Source: Dehalococcoidia bacterium
GTDB lineage: Bacteria; Chloroflexota; Dehalococcoidia; Lucifugimonadales; Australimonadaceae
NCBI GenBank assembly: GCA_965116015.1
Contig: OZ220477.1
Span: forward strand, 985,076-1,049,075
DNA: 64,000 nt
Reading direction: 5' to 3'
Shown here: positions 18,537 to 29,800 of the stretch, piece by piece
Layout: every line of letters starts with the position of its first letter
How positions within the stretch are numbered: the first letter of the stretch is position 1
Notes under the pieces: generated by a model
What the model saw: the letters and a program-made list of their open reading frames with translations, nothing else
What the model was told of the DNA's origin: nothing
Database searches by the model: none
Translations under genes and position numbers: made by a program

Positions 18537-19895
18537 ATGACCCAGCTCGCCGACCCGACAGCGCGCTACGCCGAACAGTCCCGCGCCTTCGAGCGCAACG
18601 GCGCGTCGGTTGATCCTGCGTGGCTCCGCGACGTCCGCCGGGCCGCCCTTGCAGACTTCCGGCGTCTTGGCTTTCCCACCGAGCGGCGAGGCAATGAGGC
18701 ATGGAAATACACGAATCCGCGCCCTATCGCCGAGGGAGCGTTCACCCTTGGGGAAGGCGCAACGGGCGCGCAGGTCGATCTCGCAGCGTACGAGCTCCCC
18801 TGCCCGCGCGTCTATCGAGTCGTGTTCATCGACGGGCGCTACGAGCCGGCGCTCTCCACCGAGCCGCCAAGCGAGGCCGCCCTGCGCAGAGGCGTTCTTG
18901 GCCAGGCGGACGACGGGCCTGTCGTGGGGCGCCTCGCCGACGCCATCGAGTACCGGTCTCCCGCTGTGCGCGAGCGGCTCGCGCGAATCGCGCGCGCCTC
19001 CGACAGCGGGTTCGCCGCTCTCAATACGGCTTTCCTGCACGATGGCGCGTTCGTTCACGTGCCGGAAGGCGTCGCGGCCCGCGAGCCGATATACCTGCTG
19101 TTCATCTCCACCGGGGCGCCGAATGTGGCGACGCACCCTCGCGCGCTCATTATCGCGGGACGCGGGAGCAGCGCGACTATCCTCGCGAGCTACGAGAGCC
19201 TCGACGGCGGCGTCTACTTCACCAACGCGGTTACGGAGGTGGCCACGGAGCAGGACGCCGACTTGCGCCTCTACACGCTGCAACGCGAAAGCGGCGCCGG
19301 CTACCACGTAGCCTCTGTGCAGGTTCAGCAGGGCCGGGACAGCCGGTTCACGTCGGTGACAGTCGATCTCGGCGGCAAGCTTGTCCGGCGGGATCTCGAC
19401 ATCGAACTCGCGGAGCCTGGCGCCGCCGCCGGCCTCTACGGCCTGTACTACGCCAACGGCGACCGCCATATCGACAACCACACGTTCATCGACCACGCTG
19501 TTCCAGGCGCCAAGTCCGACGAGGTGTACAAGGGAATCCTCGCCGACCGGTCGCGCGGCGTTTTCGCTGGCCGCGTCCTTGTTCGGCCCGGCGCTCAGCA
19601 GACTGAGTCGCGGCAGGTGAACAAGAATCTGCTGCTCTCTCACGGGGCGGAAATCGACACGCAGCCGAGGCTGGAGATCTTCGCAGACGATGTCGTGTGC
19701 ACGCACGGCGCAGCCGTCGGACAGCTCGACGAGCAGGCGCTCTTCTATCTCAAGAGCCGCGGCATCGGTGAAAGCGTCGCGCGACAGCTCCTCGCGCATG
19801 GGTTCGTCGCCGAGGCGCTGAACGCCATCGAGGACGACGCCGTTCGTCAGTACGTCGACGCGGCGGTCTCCGATTGTCTGGGGCGGAGCGCGTGA
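18537..19895 (+). CDS. sufD: Fe-S cluster assembly protein SufD
   Basis: EAWKYT, FAALNTAF, PRLEIFADDVVCTHGAAVGQLD..ALFYL.SRGI. Confidence 0.95.
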   Translation: MTQLADPTARYAEQSRAFERNGASVDPAWLRDVRRAALADFRRLGFPTERRGNEAWKYTNPRPIAEGAFTLGEGATGAQVDLAAYELPCPRVYRVVFIDGRYEPALSTEPPSEAALRRGVLGQADDGPVVGRLADAIEYRSPAVRERLARIARASDSGFAALNTAFLHDGAFVHVPEGVAAREPIYLLFISTGAPNVATHPRALIIAGRGSSATILASYESLDGGVYFTNAVTEVATEQDADLRLYTLQRESGAGYHVASVQVQQGRDSRFTSVTVDLGGKLVRRDLDIELAEPGAAAGLYGLYYANGDRHIDNHTFIDHAVPGAKSDEVYKGILADRSRGVFAGRVLVRPGAQQTESRQVNKNLLLSHGAEIDTQPRLEIFADDVVCTHGAAVGQLDEQALFYLKSRGIGESVARQLLAHGFVAEALNAIEDDAVRQYVDAAVSDCLGRSA

Positions 19896-21142
19896 TGTAC
19901 GACATCCAGCGCGTCCGCAACGACTTCCCGATCCTTCAGCGCAGGGTCAACGGCGTCCCGCTCGTTTATCTCGACAACGCCGCCACGTCGCAGAAGCCGG
20001 CGTCGGTCATTCGGGCGCTCGTCGATTATTACGAGGGATACAACGCCAACGTTCACCGGGGGGCGCACACGCTCGCTGTGGAAGCCACGATGGCCTACGA
20101 GGAGGCTCGTGAGAAAGTGGCGCGCTTCATCAACGCGCCCTCTCCGGAGAACGTTGTGTTCGTGCGGAACACGACGGAGGCCATCAACCTGGTCGCCCTC
20201 GCCTGGGCGATGGAGCGCGTCGGCGAGGGAGACCGCATCGTGGCCACCGAGATGGAGCATCACTCCAACCTCGTGCCGTGGCAGCATGCCGCGCGCGTGA
20301 AGGGCGCTCATCTCGATCTGCTGGCCGTCGGGCCCGACTATACGCTAGACATGTCCGACCTCGACGCGCTGCTCACGCCAAGCGCCAAGTTGGTCGCGCT
20401 CACGCACGCCTCCAACGTGCTCGGCACGGTTACGCCTGTCGAGCAGGTGTGCGCCGCCGCCCGCAGAGCGGGAGCGCGAACGCTTATCGACGGAGCGCAG
20501 AGCGTTCCGCATATGCCTGTCGATGTGCAGCGGATCGGCTGCGATTTCCTCGCATTCTCAGGGCACAAGATGCTCGGGCCTACAGGCATCGGCGCGCTCT
20601 ACATCGCTCCCGACGTCCTTGGGGAAGTCGAGCCGTTCCTGCGCGGCGGCGAGATGGTGCTCGAGGTAACCTACGACGACGCGACTTGGGCGCCGTCGCC
20701 GATGAAGTTCGAGGCCGGCACGCCGAACGTCGCCGACGCTGTCGCATTCGGCGCCGCCGTCGATTACCTCTCCGCTCTGGGAATGGACCAAGTTCGCGAG
20801 CACGAGATTGCCATCACTCGCTACGCCCTCGAACGGTTCAGAGAGCTCGAGGATGTCGAGACCTACGGTCCCGCCGACCTCTCCGTCCGCGGGGGGGTTG
20901 TGTCGTTCTATATGAGCGACGTTCACCCCCACGACATCAGCCAGATACTCGACAGCTGCGGCGTCGCAATCAGGGCAGGACATCACTGCGCGATGCCTCT
21001 TGTCCGCAGCAAGCTCCACGTTCCAGCCACCGCCCGCGCAAGCTTCTACCTCTACAATACCGAGGAAGAGGTCGACACGCTGATAGAAGGCCTCAAGCGT
21101 ACTCTGGAGTACTTCAGCGATGCGAACGCCCGACGGCCTTGA
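19895..21142 (+). CDS. sufS: cysteine desulfurase SufS
   Basis: VYLDNAATSQKP, FSGHKMLGPTGIG, RAGHHCAMP; start taken at the TGATG overlap. Confidence 0.96.
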   Translation: MYDIQRVRNDFPILQRRVNGVPLVYLDNAATSQKPASVIRALVDYYEGYNANVHRGAHTLAVEATMAYEEAREKVARFINAPSPENVVFVRNTTEAINLVALAWAMERVGEGDRIVATEMEHHSNLVPWQHAARVKGAHLDLLAVGPDYTLDMSDLDALLTPSAKLVALTHASNVLGTVTPVEQVCAAARRAGARTLIDGAQSVPHMPVDVQRIGCDFLAFSGHKMLGPTGIGALYIAPDVLGEVEPFLRGGEMVLEVTYDDATWAPSPMKFEAGTPNVADAVAFGAAVDYLSALGMDQVREHEIAITRYALERFRELEDVETYGPADLSVRGGVVSFYMSDVHPHDISQILDSCGVAIRAGHHCAMPLVRSKLHVPATARASFYLYNTEEEVDTLIEGLKRTLEYFSDANARRP

Positions 21143-21575
21143 CGACCTCTATCAGGAGGTCATTCTCGACCACTACCGCCGCCCGCGCCGCCAGGGAGTA
21201 ATCGAAGACCCCGACCTCAAGTCCGAGGGGTTCAACCCTTTCTGCGGCGATCAGGTTCTCCTTACGCTCAGTCTCGGCAAGAACGGCGCTATCAGCGACG
21301 CTGCGTTTCAGGGGGAGGGCTGCTCCATCAGCCAGGCTTCGGCCTCGATGCTCGCCGATCGCCTCGCTGGAATGACTCTCGACCAAGCGGACGCGATGGT
21401 TCGCATGTTCAAGGGCGTCATGCAAGGCGCGGAACTCAGCGCGGAGGACGAGGAGGAGCTGGGGGAGATTGCCGCGCTCCAGGGCGTCCGCGCGTTCCCT
21501 ATCCGCGTCAAGTGCGCGCTCCTCAGCTGGACTACCCTTCAGGACGCCATCGCCGACTACCGCAGGAGCGGCTAG
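21120..21575 (+). CDS. sufU: SufU (NifU-like) sulfur acceptor
   Basis: LYQEVILDHY, NPFCGD, GCSISQASAS, RVKCALL. Confidence 0.95.
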   Translation: MRTPDGLDDLYQEVILDHYRRPRRQGVIEDPDLKSEGFNPFCGDQVLLTLSLGKNGAISDAAFQGEGCSISQASASMLADRLAGMTLDQADAMVRMFKGVMQGAELSAEDEEELGEIAALQGVRAFPIRVKCALLSWTTLQDAIADYRRSG

Positions 21576-21724
21576 CCGCTCCTGCGCCTGAGGGCAGGGC
21601 GCTCCACTTATGGCTTGGCTGCGAACCGCGGCTCGCGGCGCGCGCCTGGAGGCGCAAATGGCGCACTGACACTCCACTCGCCTCTCGCAATCCGCCGGGG
21701 AGGACGCGGAGAGAGGCCGGCGCT

Positions 21725-22045
21725 CTAGTCCTCCTCGACTACGACGGCGGTGCCGTAGGCTAGCAGTTCCGATGCGCCCGCCATCACTGTGGAGGTGACG
21801 AATCGGGCGCCGACGATCGCGTTCGCGCCGAGCATCGCCGCCTCTTCAGACATGCGCTGCGCAGCCTGCGCTCGGGACTCCGCCAGCAGCCGGGTGTATT
21901 CGGTAATCTCGCCGCCAATGACGCTGCGCAGGTTCGCGACGATGTCCCGCCCCACGTGTCTGGCGCGGATCGTGCTGCCCTGCACGAGGCCCTTCACTTC
22001 CACTATGCGCTTGCCTTCCAGTTGGTCGGTCGTCGCGATAATCAC
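21725..22045 (-). CDS. YbjQ/UPF0145 family protein
   Basis: GTG start with GAGGAG RBS; GLVQGST.RARHVGRD...GGEITEYT..L..SR...GANAIVG.RF...ELLAYGTAV. Confidence 0.88.
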   Translation of the reverse strand: MIIATTDQLEGKRIVEVKGLVQGSTIRARHVGRDIVANLRSVIGGEITEYTRLLAESRAQAAQRMSEEAAMLGANAIVGARFVTSTVMAGASELLAYGTAVVVEED

Positions 22046-22178
22046 AGGCGCTCTCCTCTTCTCTCCTCTTGGGGTTTGCTCCATTGTACGCCCAGGAGTT
22101 GCTCGCCCTGTAATCGAACAGCGCCGCGGCCTCCGCCGCAAGCAGCGCGGGGTTTGCTACGCGCATTGATCCTCGCTC

Positions 22179-24590
22179 TCATACGAGCGCCGCCTCTGTG
22201 GCGCCGTCCCCGCCACGCTCACGGGGGGCGAATTCGTACGAGGCTACCGCCGAACTGGAGGCGAGACGACGCCATACCGCCTGCCGCAACGCTCCCGTGC
22301 CTTTCCCATGGACTATCCGCACGTTCGACAACCCTTGAGCGAGCGCAGCGTCCAGCCGCTGGTCGAGTATCTCCAGCGCCTCATGGACTCGCTCGCCGCG
22401 AAGGTCAATCTCCTCGCTGACGCGGGGCGATCCGCTTGGGTACGCCAAGCTGACGCTGGAGCGACTTCCCTTTTCAGGACCGGGCTCAGGCGCAAGCTCT
22501 CCTGCGCGGCGCACACGGGCGGCGTCCAGTTTCAGGCGCGCGGAGCCGACCTGCACTTCGACGCGGTCTGAGGCGTCCGCGTTCGAGAGCACGATGCCTG
22601 CGAGGCCGAACGAGCCGATCTCCACGCTCTCGCCGGCGCGAAGTTCCGTCCGCCGGCGCGGGGGGCGCGCTTCCTTGCCGAACGACTTCGCGCGAACTAT
22701 CCGTTGCGCCTCTTCGACATCGGCCGCCGCTTGCTCCAACACGCGCGGGGGAGGCGGAGCGCTGCGGAACGCCTGCCACTCCGCCGCCGATTCAGCCTGG
22801 CGCAGCTTCCCTTGCACGCGCTTCGCCTCCGCCAGCAGCTCCGCCCGCGCCTCCTCGACTACAGTAGCCTGCGCGGCTTCGAGATGCTCGATGCGCTTCT
22901 CAAGCTCGGCGGTAAGCCGGACGGCTTCGGCGCGCTGCGCTTCCGCCTCGTCGAGTTTCTCTCGAACGATGTGGCGCTCGCGCTGCATAGTTGCAAGGAG
23001 ACTCTCCACATCCCGATGGCGCGGGTCGATGTAGCCCTGCGCCGCCGCGACGATATTCTTGTCGAGTCCGATGCGCGCGGCGATCTCCATTGCGTAGCTG
23101 CGCCCTGGGAGGCCCATCGTCAGTTTGTAGGTGGGCCGGAGCGTAACGGGGTGGAGCTCGACGCTTGCGTTCTCCACGTTGCCGCGCTCGTCGGCGAACC
23201 CAGCGAGCGAGCGATGGTGAGTCGTAGCTACTGTGGGCGAGCCTCTGTCCGCAAGCTCTGCGATTACTGCTTTGGCGAGCGCAGCGCCTTCCTCCGGGTC
23301 TGTTGATGCGCCGAGTTCGTCGAGCAGCACGAGCGAGCGCGGGGTCGCGTGCTCGAGCGTTCCGATGATTGCCGTTACGTGCGAGCTGAACGTGGAGACA
23401 GCGCGCTCGATGCTCTGCTGGTCGCCGATGTCGGCGTACACGCTATCGAACAGCGGGAGCCGCGCATCCGGCGAGCAGGGCAGCATCATGCCGCTCTGCC
23501 GCATAAGCGCCAGGAGGCCGAGCGTTTTGAGGGCGACGGTCTTGCCTCCGGTGTTCGGGCCGGTGATGACAAGGACGCTCACTGGCGGACGCAGCGCGAG
23601 CGACACTGGCGCGGCGCCGCGCAGCAGCGGATGCCGCGCCGCTACGATCTCCACGCTGTCGGCGCGCTCCGCGAGCGTTACGCCGTCGTACGTTCTGGCG
23701 TAGCGCGCCTTGGCGAGCGCCAGGTCGAGGCGGCCGGCGATGTCGAGGGCGCGGAGCGCTTCGGGGGCGCGGCGCGATACGCTTGCCGACAGCTGCCTGA
23801 GCGCGCGGAGCTCCTCGTCGCGCTGGGCGGCTTCCGCCTCGCGCCAGCTGTTCGTGCGCGCTACGTTGGAGAGCGGTTCGATGAAGAGCGTCGCGCCGGA
23901 GTCTGAAACGCCCTGAACGATGCCGGGAACCCTGCCCTTGAAATCGGCTTTGACGGGCACGACGAGGCGGTCGCCGCGCACGGTGAAGAGGCGGTCCTGC
24001 AGCGCCTCTGCGGCGGCGTCCGAGTCGATGACGGCCTGGATGCCGCCGGCGGCGGCATGGTAGGCGTCGCGGCTCTCCTTGCGTCGCTGGCGGAGCATCG
24101 GGGCGGCGGCGTCTTTCAGTTCGCCGATCGGAGTGAGTTTGGCGCGGATCTCGCGTTCGAGGGAGCGGAAGTCGGGGATGTTGCGCGCGAGGGAGCGCAG
24201 GAGCGGGGTTCTTCCGCGCTCCGCGCCGCCCAGCGCCTTTGCCTTCCGCGCGAGTTCGAGCGCGTCGGCGACAGCGATGAGTTCATCGCCTGCGAGCAGG
24301 CCATGCATCGCCGCGCGCTGGAGCAGGGGGCGCGGGTCGCGGGAGAGCGTGAGGTCGGGATGTCCGGAGCCGATGAGGAGGGACGCTTCGGCAGTCTCCT
24401 GCTGCATCTGAGCGACGGCGGGGCCGTCGTATGCGGGGGCGAGCGCGAGGGCGCGCTCCCGCGACATCGGCGTGCGGGCGTGCTCGGCGAGCGCCTCGCG
24501 GACTCTCGGGAGCTCCAGGAGTTCGAGCGAGCGTTCGCGCAGTTCTGCGCCGGACAGGGGGGCGGGCAAGGCATCGGGGACGTCGGTCAT
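22179..24590 (-). CDS. mutS2: endonuclease MutS2
   Basis: SDSGATLFIEP, ITGPNTGGKTVALKT, DIGDQQSI, LDELGASTDP.EG, C-terminal Smr domain (IDLRG, VHGKGTGALR, GGDGAT). Confidence 0.95.
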   Translation of the reverse strand: MTDVPDALPAPLSGAELRERSLELLELPRVREALAEHARTPMSRERALALAPAYDGPAVAQMQQETAEASLLIGSGHPDLTLSRDPRPLLQRAAMHGLLAGDELIAVADALELARKAKALGGAERGRTPLLRSLARNIPDFRSLEREIRAKLTPIGELKDAAAPMLRQRRKESRDAYHAAAGGIQAVIDSDAAAEALQDRLFTVRGDRLVVPVKADFKGRVPGIVQGVSDSGATLFIEPLSNVARTNSWREAEAAQRDEELRALRQLSASVSRRAPEALRALDIAGRLDLALAKARYARTYDGVTLAERADSVEIVAARHPLLRGAAPVSLALRPPVSVLVITGPNTGGKTVALKTLGLLALMRQSGMMLPCSPDARLPLFDSVYADIGDQQSIERAVSTFSSHVTAIIGTLEHATPRSLVLLDELGASTDPEEGAALAKAVIAELADRGSPTVATTHHRSLAGFADERGNVENASVELHPVTLRPTYKLTMGLPGRSYAMEIAARIGLDKNIVAAAQGYIDPRHRDVESLLATMQRERHIVREKLDEAEAQRAEAVRLTAELEKRIEHLEAAQATVVEEARAELLAEAKRVQGKLRQAESAAEWQAFRSAPPPPRVLEQAAADVEEAQRIVRAKSFGKEARPPRRRTELRAGESVEIGSFGLAGIVLSNADASDRVEVQVGSARLKLDAARVRRAGELAPEPGPEKGSRSSVSLAYPSGSPRVSEEIDLRGERVHEALEILDQRLDAALAQGLSNVRIVHGKGTGALRQAVWRRLASSSAVASYEFAPRERGGDGATEAALV

Positions 24591-24700
24591 GCAATATCGC
24601 ATTGTACGCCTCGGTGTGCGCTCCTTTGCGGCTCATGCTAGACTGAAGCACTGCGCCGAGACCGGCAGGGCCTCTACGCAAATGAACACCCGGGGTTGCT

Positions 24701-25324
24701 GTGCGGGTTATCGGTCTCACTGGCGGCATCGGCGCTGGAAAGAGTGAAGCAGCGAGAGTCCTTGCAGGGCTTGGCGCCGTCATCATCGACGCGGACGCCG
24801 AGGGCCACCGGGCGTACGAGAAGGGGACTATCGGCTGGAGGCGGATCGTCGAAATCTTCAGCTCCGATTTGCTCGACGATGAGGGAGAGGTGGATCGCGG
24901 GAGGCTTGGCGATCTCGTGTTCGCCAGCCCTCAGGCGCTCGCCTGGCTGAACGCCGCTATCCACCCCCTGATCCGGCAGCGGATAAGCCGGGCCATCAGC
25001 GATCACCGGGGCGCCGGGCGCGATGTGGCGGTGGTCGACGCCGCGCTGCTCTACCAGGCAGGGTGGGACGACCTGACGGACGAGGTGTGGGCGGTGTCGT
25101 CGCCGCCGGCGGCTGTGGTTGAGCGGCTGAAGCGGCGCGGCTTGTCGCCGGACGACATCCGGCGGCGGTTGGAGACTCAGGGGCAGACTGAGCTCGTGCT
25201 GGCGCGAGCGGACGCGCTGATCGACAACTCGGGGACGCTCGAAGATCTGAGCGAGCGCGTGCGGCGGTTGTGGGAAGAGAGAATTCTAGCGAAGGGCAGT
25301 GCAATCCATGGCGGAACAGATTAG
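24701..25324 (+). CDS. coaE: dephospho-CoA kinase
   Basis: [32 protein letters not shown]. Confidence 0.93.
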   Translation: MRVIGLTGGIGAGKSEAARVLAGLGAVIIDADAEGHRAYEKGTIGWRRIVEIFSSDLLDDEGEVDRGRLGDLVFASPQALAWLNAAIHPLIRQRISRAISDHRGAGRDVAVVDAALLYQAGWDDLTDEVWAVSSPPAAVVERLKRRGLSPDDIRRRLETQGQTELVLARADALIDNSGTLEDLSERVRRLWEERILAKGSAIHGGTD

Positions 25325-26177
25325 CCAGCTTTATCAGCAGCACAACATTGAGGAGTATTTCGTCGAGACGGAGCCGTTCTATTTGGAGGTCGCCGACGAG
25401 GTGGACATCTTCGAGGCGGCGTACGCGCAACGCGTGCCGATTCTTCTGAAGGGCCCGACGGGCTCCGGGAAGACTCGCTTCGTGGAGTATATGTCGTGGC
25501 GGCTCAACGAATCGCGGCGCCGCGACGGGCGGAGCCATCAGGTGTCGCCGCTTGTGACGGTGGCCTGTCACGAAGATCTTACGGCGAGCGACCTGGTAGG
25601 GCGCTACTTGCTGGAGCCGGAGGGGACGCGTTGGATCGACGGGCCCCTTACGCGGGCGGTGAAGCACGGGGGCATCTGCTACCTTGACGAGGTGGTGGAG
25701 GCGCGGAAGGACACGACGGTGCTCATCCACCCGCTGTCCGACCACCGTCGGCTGCTTCACATCGAGAAGATCGGGCAGGTGCTGGAGTCGCATCCGAATT
25801 TCCTGCTGGTCATCTCGTACAACCCTGGCTATCAGAGCGCGCTGAAAGACCTGAAGCACTCCACGCGGCAGCGGTTCGTGGCGATCGAGTTCGATTTCCC
25901 GCCGCGCGATCTGGAGGGGCCGATCATCGAGCGCGAGAGCGGGGTGGACCGGGTGTCTGCGCAGCAGCTGGCGCTGCTTGGCGAAAAGGTGCGGAACCTC
26001 GTTGGGCAGGGGCTGCAGGAGGGGGTGAGCACGCGATTGCTCATCTACGCCGGCAAGCTCATCGAGCATGGCATTGCTCCGCGGCGGGCGTGCGAGGTTG
26101 CGGTGGTATGGGGGCTCACCGACGACCGCGATGTTCAAAGCAGCGTGATGGAGATTGTTACGTCGATCTTCCCGTAG
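25308..26177 (+). CDS. CbbQ/NirQ/NorQ-family MoxR AAA+ ATPase
   Basis: [67 protein letters not shown]. Confidence 0.93.
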   Translation: MAEQISQLYQQHNIEEYFVETEPFYLEVADEVDIFEAAYAQRVPILLKGPTGSGKTRFVEYMSWRLNESRRRDGRSHQVSPLVTVACHEDLTASDLVGRYLLEPEGTRWIDGPLTRAVKHGGICYLDEVVEARKDTTVLIHPLSDHRRLLHIEKIGQVLESHPNFLLVISYNPGYQSALKDLKHSTRQRFVAIEFDFPPRDLEGPIIERESGVDRVSAQQLALLGEKVRNLVGQGLQEGVSTRLLIYAGKLIEHGIAPRRACEVAVVWGLTDDRDVQSSVMEIVTSIFP

Positions 26178-26186
26178 GGCACTCTC

Positions 26187-26843
26187 GTGAAACACACTGC
26201 TTTGCAGACTGCCGCTATCCCGACGCACGCGTCCGCGCTGCTTGCCGGAATCCGGCAGGCGCTGTCCGGGCGGGAGCCGTTGTGCGAGGCGGTCGACGGC
26301 GCTACGCCTGCGGCTGTGCTCGTTCCGCTTCAGTATCACGACGGCGACTGGCATATAGCGCTGCACATCCGCTCTCAGCACGTGGGGCAGCATCAGGGCG
26401 AGATTGCCTTTCCGGGGGGGAAGCTTGAGCGCGGCGATGTGGATATGCTGGCCTGCGCGCTCCGCGAGACGTGGGAAGAGATGGGAATCCGGCCGGAGGA
26501 TGTCGATGTGCTCGGGCCGCTCGACGCGATTCTGACGCGAACGAACTTCCTTGTTTGGCCGATCGTGGGGGTTGTCCCCTACCCTTACGCGTACCAGGTG
26601 GACGAGGGGGAGGTAGCTGAGGTTATCGAGGTTCCGCTGTCGCACCTGCTGAGCGAGTCTGCGTCGAGGCGCGAGGCGCGGCTGGGGCTTGATGGGGAGC
26701 TTGTCGAGCGGGTGGCGTACGTTCACGGGGAGCATCTCGTGTTCGGGGCAACGGCATGGATACTTGCGCAATTGGTTGAACTGGCGGCGGAACTGGCGCA
26801 GGAGCTTGCGCGCGCAGGCGGGCTGGTCGCCGCCCGCGAATAA
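26187..26843 (+). CDS. Nudix CoA pyrophosphatase
   Basis: AAVLVPL, H.GEIAFPGG, ALRETWEEMG Nudix box, VFGATA. Confidence 0.9.
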   Translation: MKHTALQTAAIPTHASALLAGIRQALSGREPLCEAVDGATPAAVLVPLQYHDGDWHIALHIRSQHVGQHQGEIAFPGGKLERGDVDMLACALRETWEEMGIRPEDVDVLGPLDAILTRTNFLVWPIVGVVPYPYAYQVDEGEVAEVIEVPLSHLLSESASRREARLGLDGELVERVAYVHGEHLVFGATAWILAQLVELAAELAQELARAGGLVAARE

Positions 26844-26852
26844 GGAGCCTAT

Positions 26853-29800
26853 GTGACGGACGAGCACGACGCCATCATTGCAGAGCTGGGGAAGCACCCG
26901 TCGGCGCTCCTGTCGGCGTACGAGCAGGCCGCTGATTCGGTGGCCGGAGTGGTGGGGCCGGCTCCCGCGCTCCGCTGGGCGCAGGAGGGGGTTCGGATCG
27001 CGCAGCAGGGTCCGCGGGCCTGGGAGGCGGCGACCGAGTATTTCAAGGCGTCGCCGGAGGTTGTGAACGTCATCGGTTTCACGCAGCTCGAGCGGTGGGT
27101 GGAGAGCGGCATTGAGCTGACCGCGGACGCGCCGGTGATTGCGGCGTCGTTCTTCCGTGCGAGTCCGCGCGTGCTGCCGACGCTTGCACCGCGGCACATT
27201 GCTGGCTGGGCGTCGCTCGGCCGCAAGCTCTCGAGGGGGACGTGGAAGTCGTCGAGCCTGGCGGCTCGCTTCTTCGATGTGAGCGACGATCTTGTGCAGC
27301 AGGTGAGCTTTCACGAGATGCAGCTGTTCGTTGCGCTCGTGCAGACGCTGGCGAACCGGTCGTACGATCTTGCGGCGGAGGCTCTCGTGCTGGGGCAGCG
27401 GGTGCTGCCTTCGGTGTCGGAGCGAGAGGAGCTTATATCGCTGGCGACGGCGCTGGCGGAGACGAGCTGGCGAGAGGTTCGGGGGTCGTTCGAGGCGGCG
27501 TCGCGCGTGACGTCCAGCCTCGACCGGCGTCTGCGTCCTCGCTACTTTGCGCTTGCTGAGCGGCTTGCCCGGCAGGGGCTTGGGAACGTGTCGGGATTTA
27601 TGGTGGAGAGCGCGCAGGCGCTCGCCCGAATCCCGCAGGAGCAGCAGGCGGCTGTGCTGGAGCGGGCGGAGGATCTTGCGGGCGCTTCGGCTGAGGCTGT
27701 GAGCGCGTTCCTCCGGACTGCTCCACAGGTGCTCGAGCGGATCAGTCCCGCGCAGCTCGATACGTGGTTCCAGCGCGGGGTCGAGCACTTGCGGGAGAAC
27801 GTTGACGGAGGGGTGGCGTACTTCAAGCTGGAGTCTGCGCGCGCGGAGGCGCTCATCGATCAGCTTTCGTCGAGCATCGAGCTCGAGAAGGTGCAGGGTC
27901 TGCTGCATATGTACGCCAACGCGCTCGCCGGGACGGACGTGGAGCTGCACGCAGCCGACGACATCACTCACCGCAACATTGGCTGGGTGCATGTTGAGCT
28001 TGCCACGACCGACGGGAAGAGCGTGTTCTTGCCGAAGACTGTGGATCTGCGGGAGACGAAGCGGGAGAACTTCGCGTGGCTCAAGGTTGTCGCCACGCAT
28101 CAGGTTGGGCATCTGGAGTTCGAGAGCTTCAAGTTCGATTTCCATTCGGAGTCCAGCAGCTTCGCCGACTACCGGCAGGGGCTTGCCGAGGGACTGGGGG
28201 CGAAGCCGGGGTCTACGGAGATAGCTTCGTTCTTCGACATCTTCCCCACGCGGGCGATGGCCGCCGACCTCTTCTCGATCGTGGAGGACGCGCGGATCGA
28301 TCATCAGCTCACGGCCCAGTACAGGGGAATCGCTCCCGACTATGCGCAGGTGCAGGGGGAGGCGCTCGCGAACCGGGGGCCGATCGAGTTGATGCCCGCG
28401 CAGCAGGCGCTGATCGAGATGCTCATCCGGATCAGCCTGGGGGAGGAGTCGAACGTTCGCGCGCCCTCCAAGTTCGTGCGGCAAGCCGAGCAGCTTGCTG
28501 GTTTGCTGAAGGCTGTGCGGAGCAGGGACGCCAACGTGCAGGACTCGGCGGAGGCGGCGCTGCGGATGTACTACGCGCTGTCGCAGGTTCCCAATGAGAT
28601 TGTGCCGCTGGACGACTGGGAGAGCGTTGATCTTTCGAGGGCGCAGTTCGAGGAGCCGGAGCTTCAGGAGATTATCGACCAGCTCCGGGCGGAGGCTGAG
28701 CAGTCGGAGGAGGAGGCGTCCGGGGACGATTATGAGTCGCCGGAGGATGTTGAATATCGCGGGGACTTCAAGCCGGAGATGGTGCAGCTGCTGGCGCAGA
28801 TGCGGGGTCAGCCGGAGCCGGGGGACGACGAGGGAGCGGAGGGGGCTCAGGGGATCTCGCAGGCCGAGCTTGAGCAGGCGCTGCGGGATTCGACTGAGGT
28901 TGATCTGGGAGACGACGCCGAGGTTACGACGGTGGCAGCGAATATGATGAAGGAGATGGGAGCGGACGCGCCGCAGAATCCGGCTGGGTCGGGATACAAC
29001 CAGATTCCGCATGTGGATGAGGATGGGGGGCCTCTGGAGGCTCGGGAGCCGCGCTCGTACGTTTACGACGAGTGGGACTTCCGGGCGAACGATTATCGTC
29101 CGCGGTGGTGCGTTGTGCAGGAGCGGGTCGCGGTGGCGGGGGAGCCGGAGTTCTACAGCGAGACGCTGCATGCTTATGCGGGTTTGGTGGATCAGATCAA
29201 GCGGCAGTTCGAGTCTGTTCGTCCTGAGATGTACCGCAAGATGAAGCGGTTGCCGGAGGGGGAGGATATCGATATCGACGCGGGGATCGAGGCGCTGATT
29301 GATCTGCGGAACAAGATGACGCCGGACGAGCGGATTTATTGGCGGCGCAATAAGGATGAGCGGGATGTTGGGGTTGTTTTCCTGCTTGATATGAGCGCGT
29401 CGACTGCGGAGGCGGTGGAGGAGAGTTCAAGGGACGCCGACTGGAGCGCGCCGGGGGATCCGGTGGCGTACACGGCGTGGCTGCGGGCGCGTCGGGGGGA
29501 GGCGGGGCGTCGCCCCTACAAGCGGATCATCGATGTGGAGAAGGAGTCGATGGCGCTGCTGATGAACGCGCTGGAGACGATTGGGGATCGGTATGGGGTT
29601 TACGGGTTTTCGGGGTTCGGACGTGAGAATGTTGAGTTCTATGTGATTAAAGAGGTTGAGGAGCGTCTTACGGACAGGGTGAAGCGGCGGCTGGACAAAG
29701 TTGCGCCTCTGCACGCTACGCGGATGGGGCCGGCGATCCGTCATGCGACGACGAAGCTGGCGCACATCGACGCGAAGACGAAGTTCATGTTCGTTATCAG

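Noticed and set aside
24996-29171. 1391-aa minus-strand ORF and other long antisense ORFs (8402..10915, 34524..36848, 17907..19799, 44839..46395)
   Set aside because: Shadow frames of well-supported genes in high-GC DNA; no recognisable motifs.
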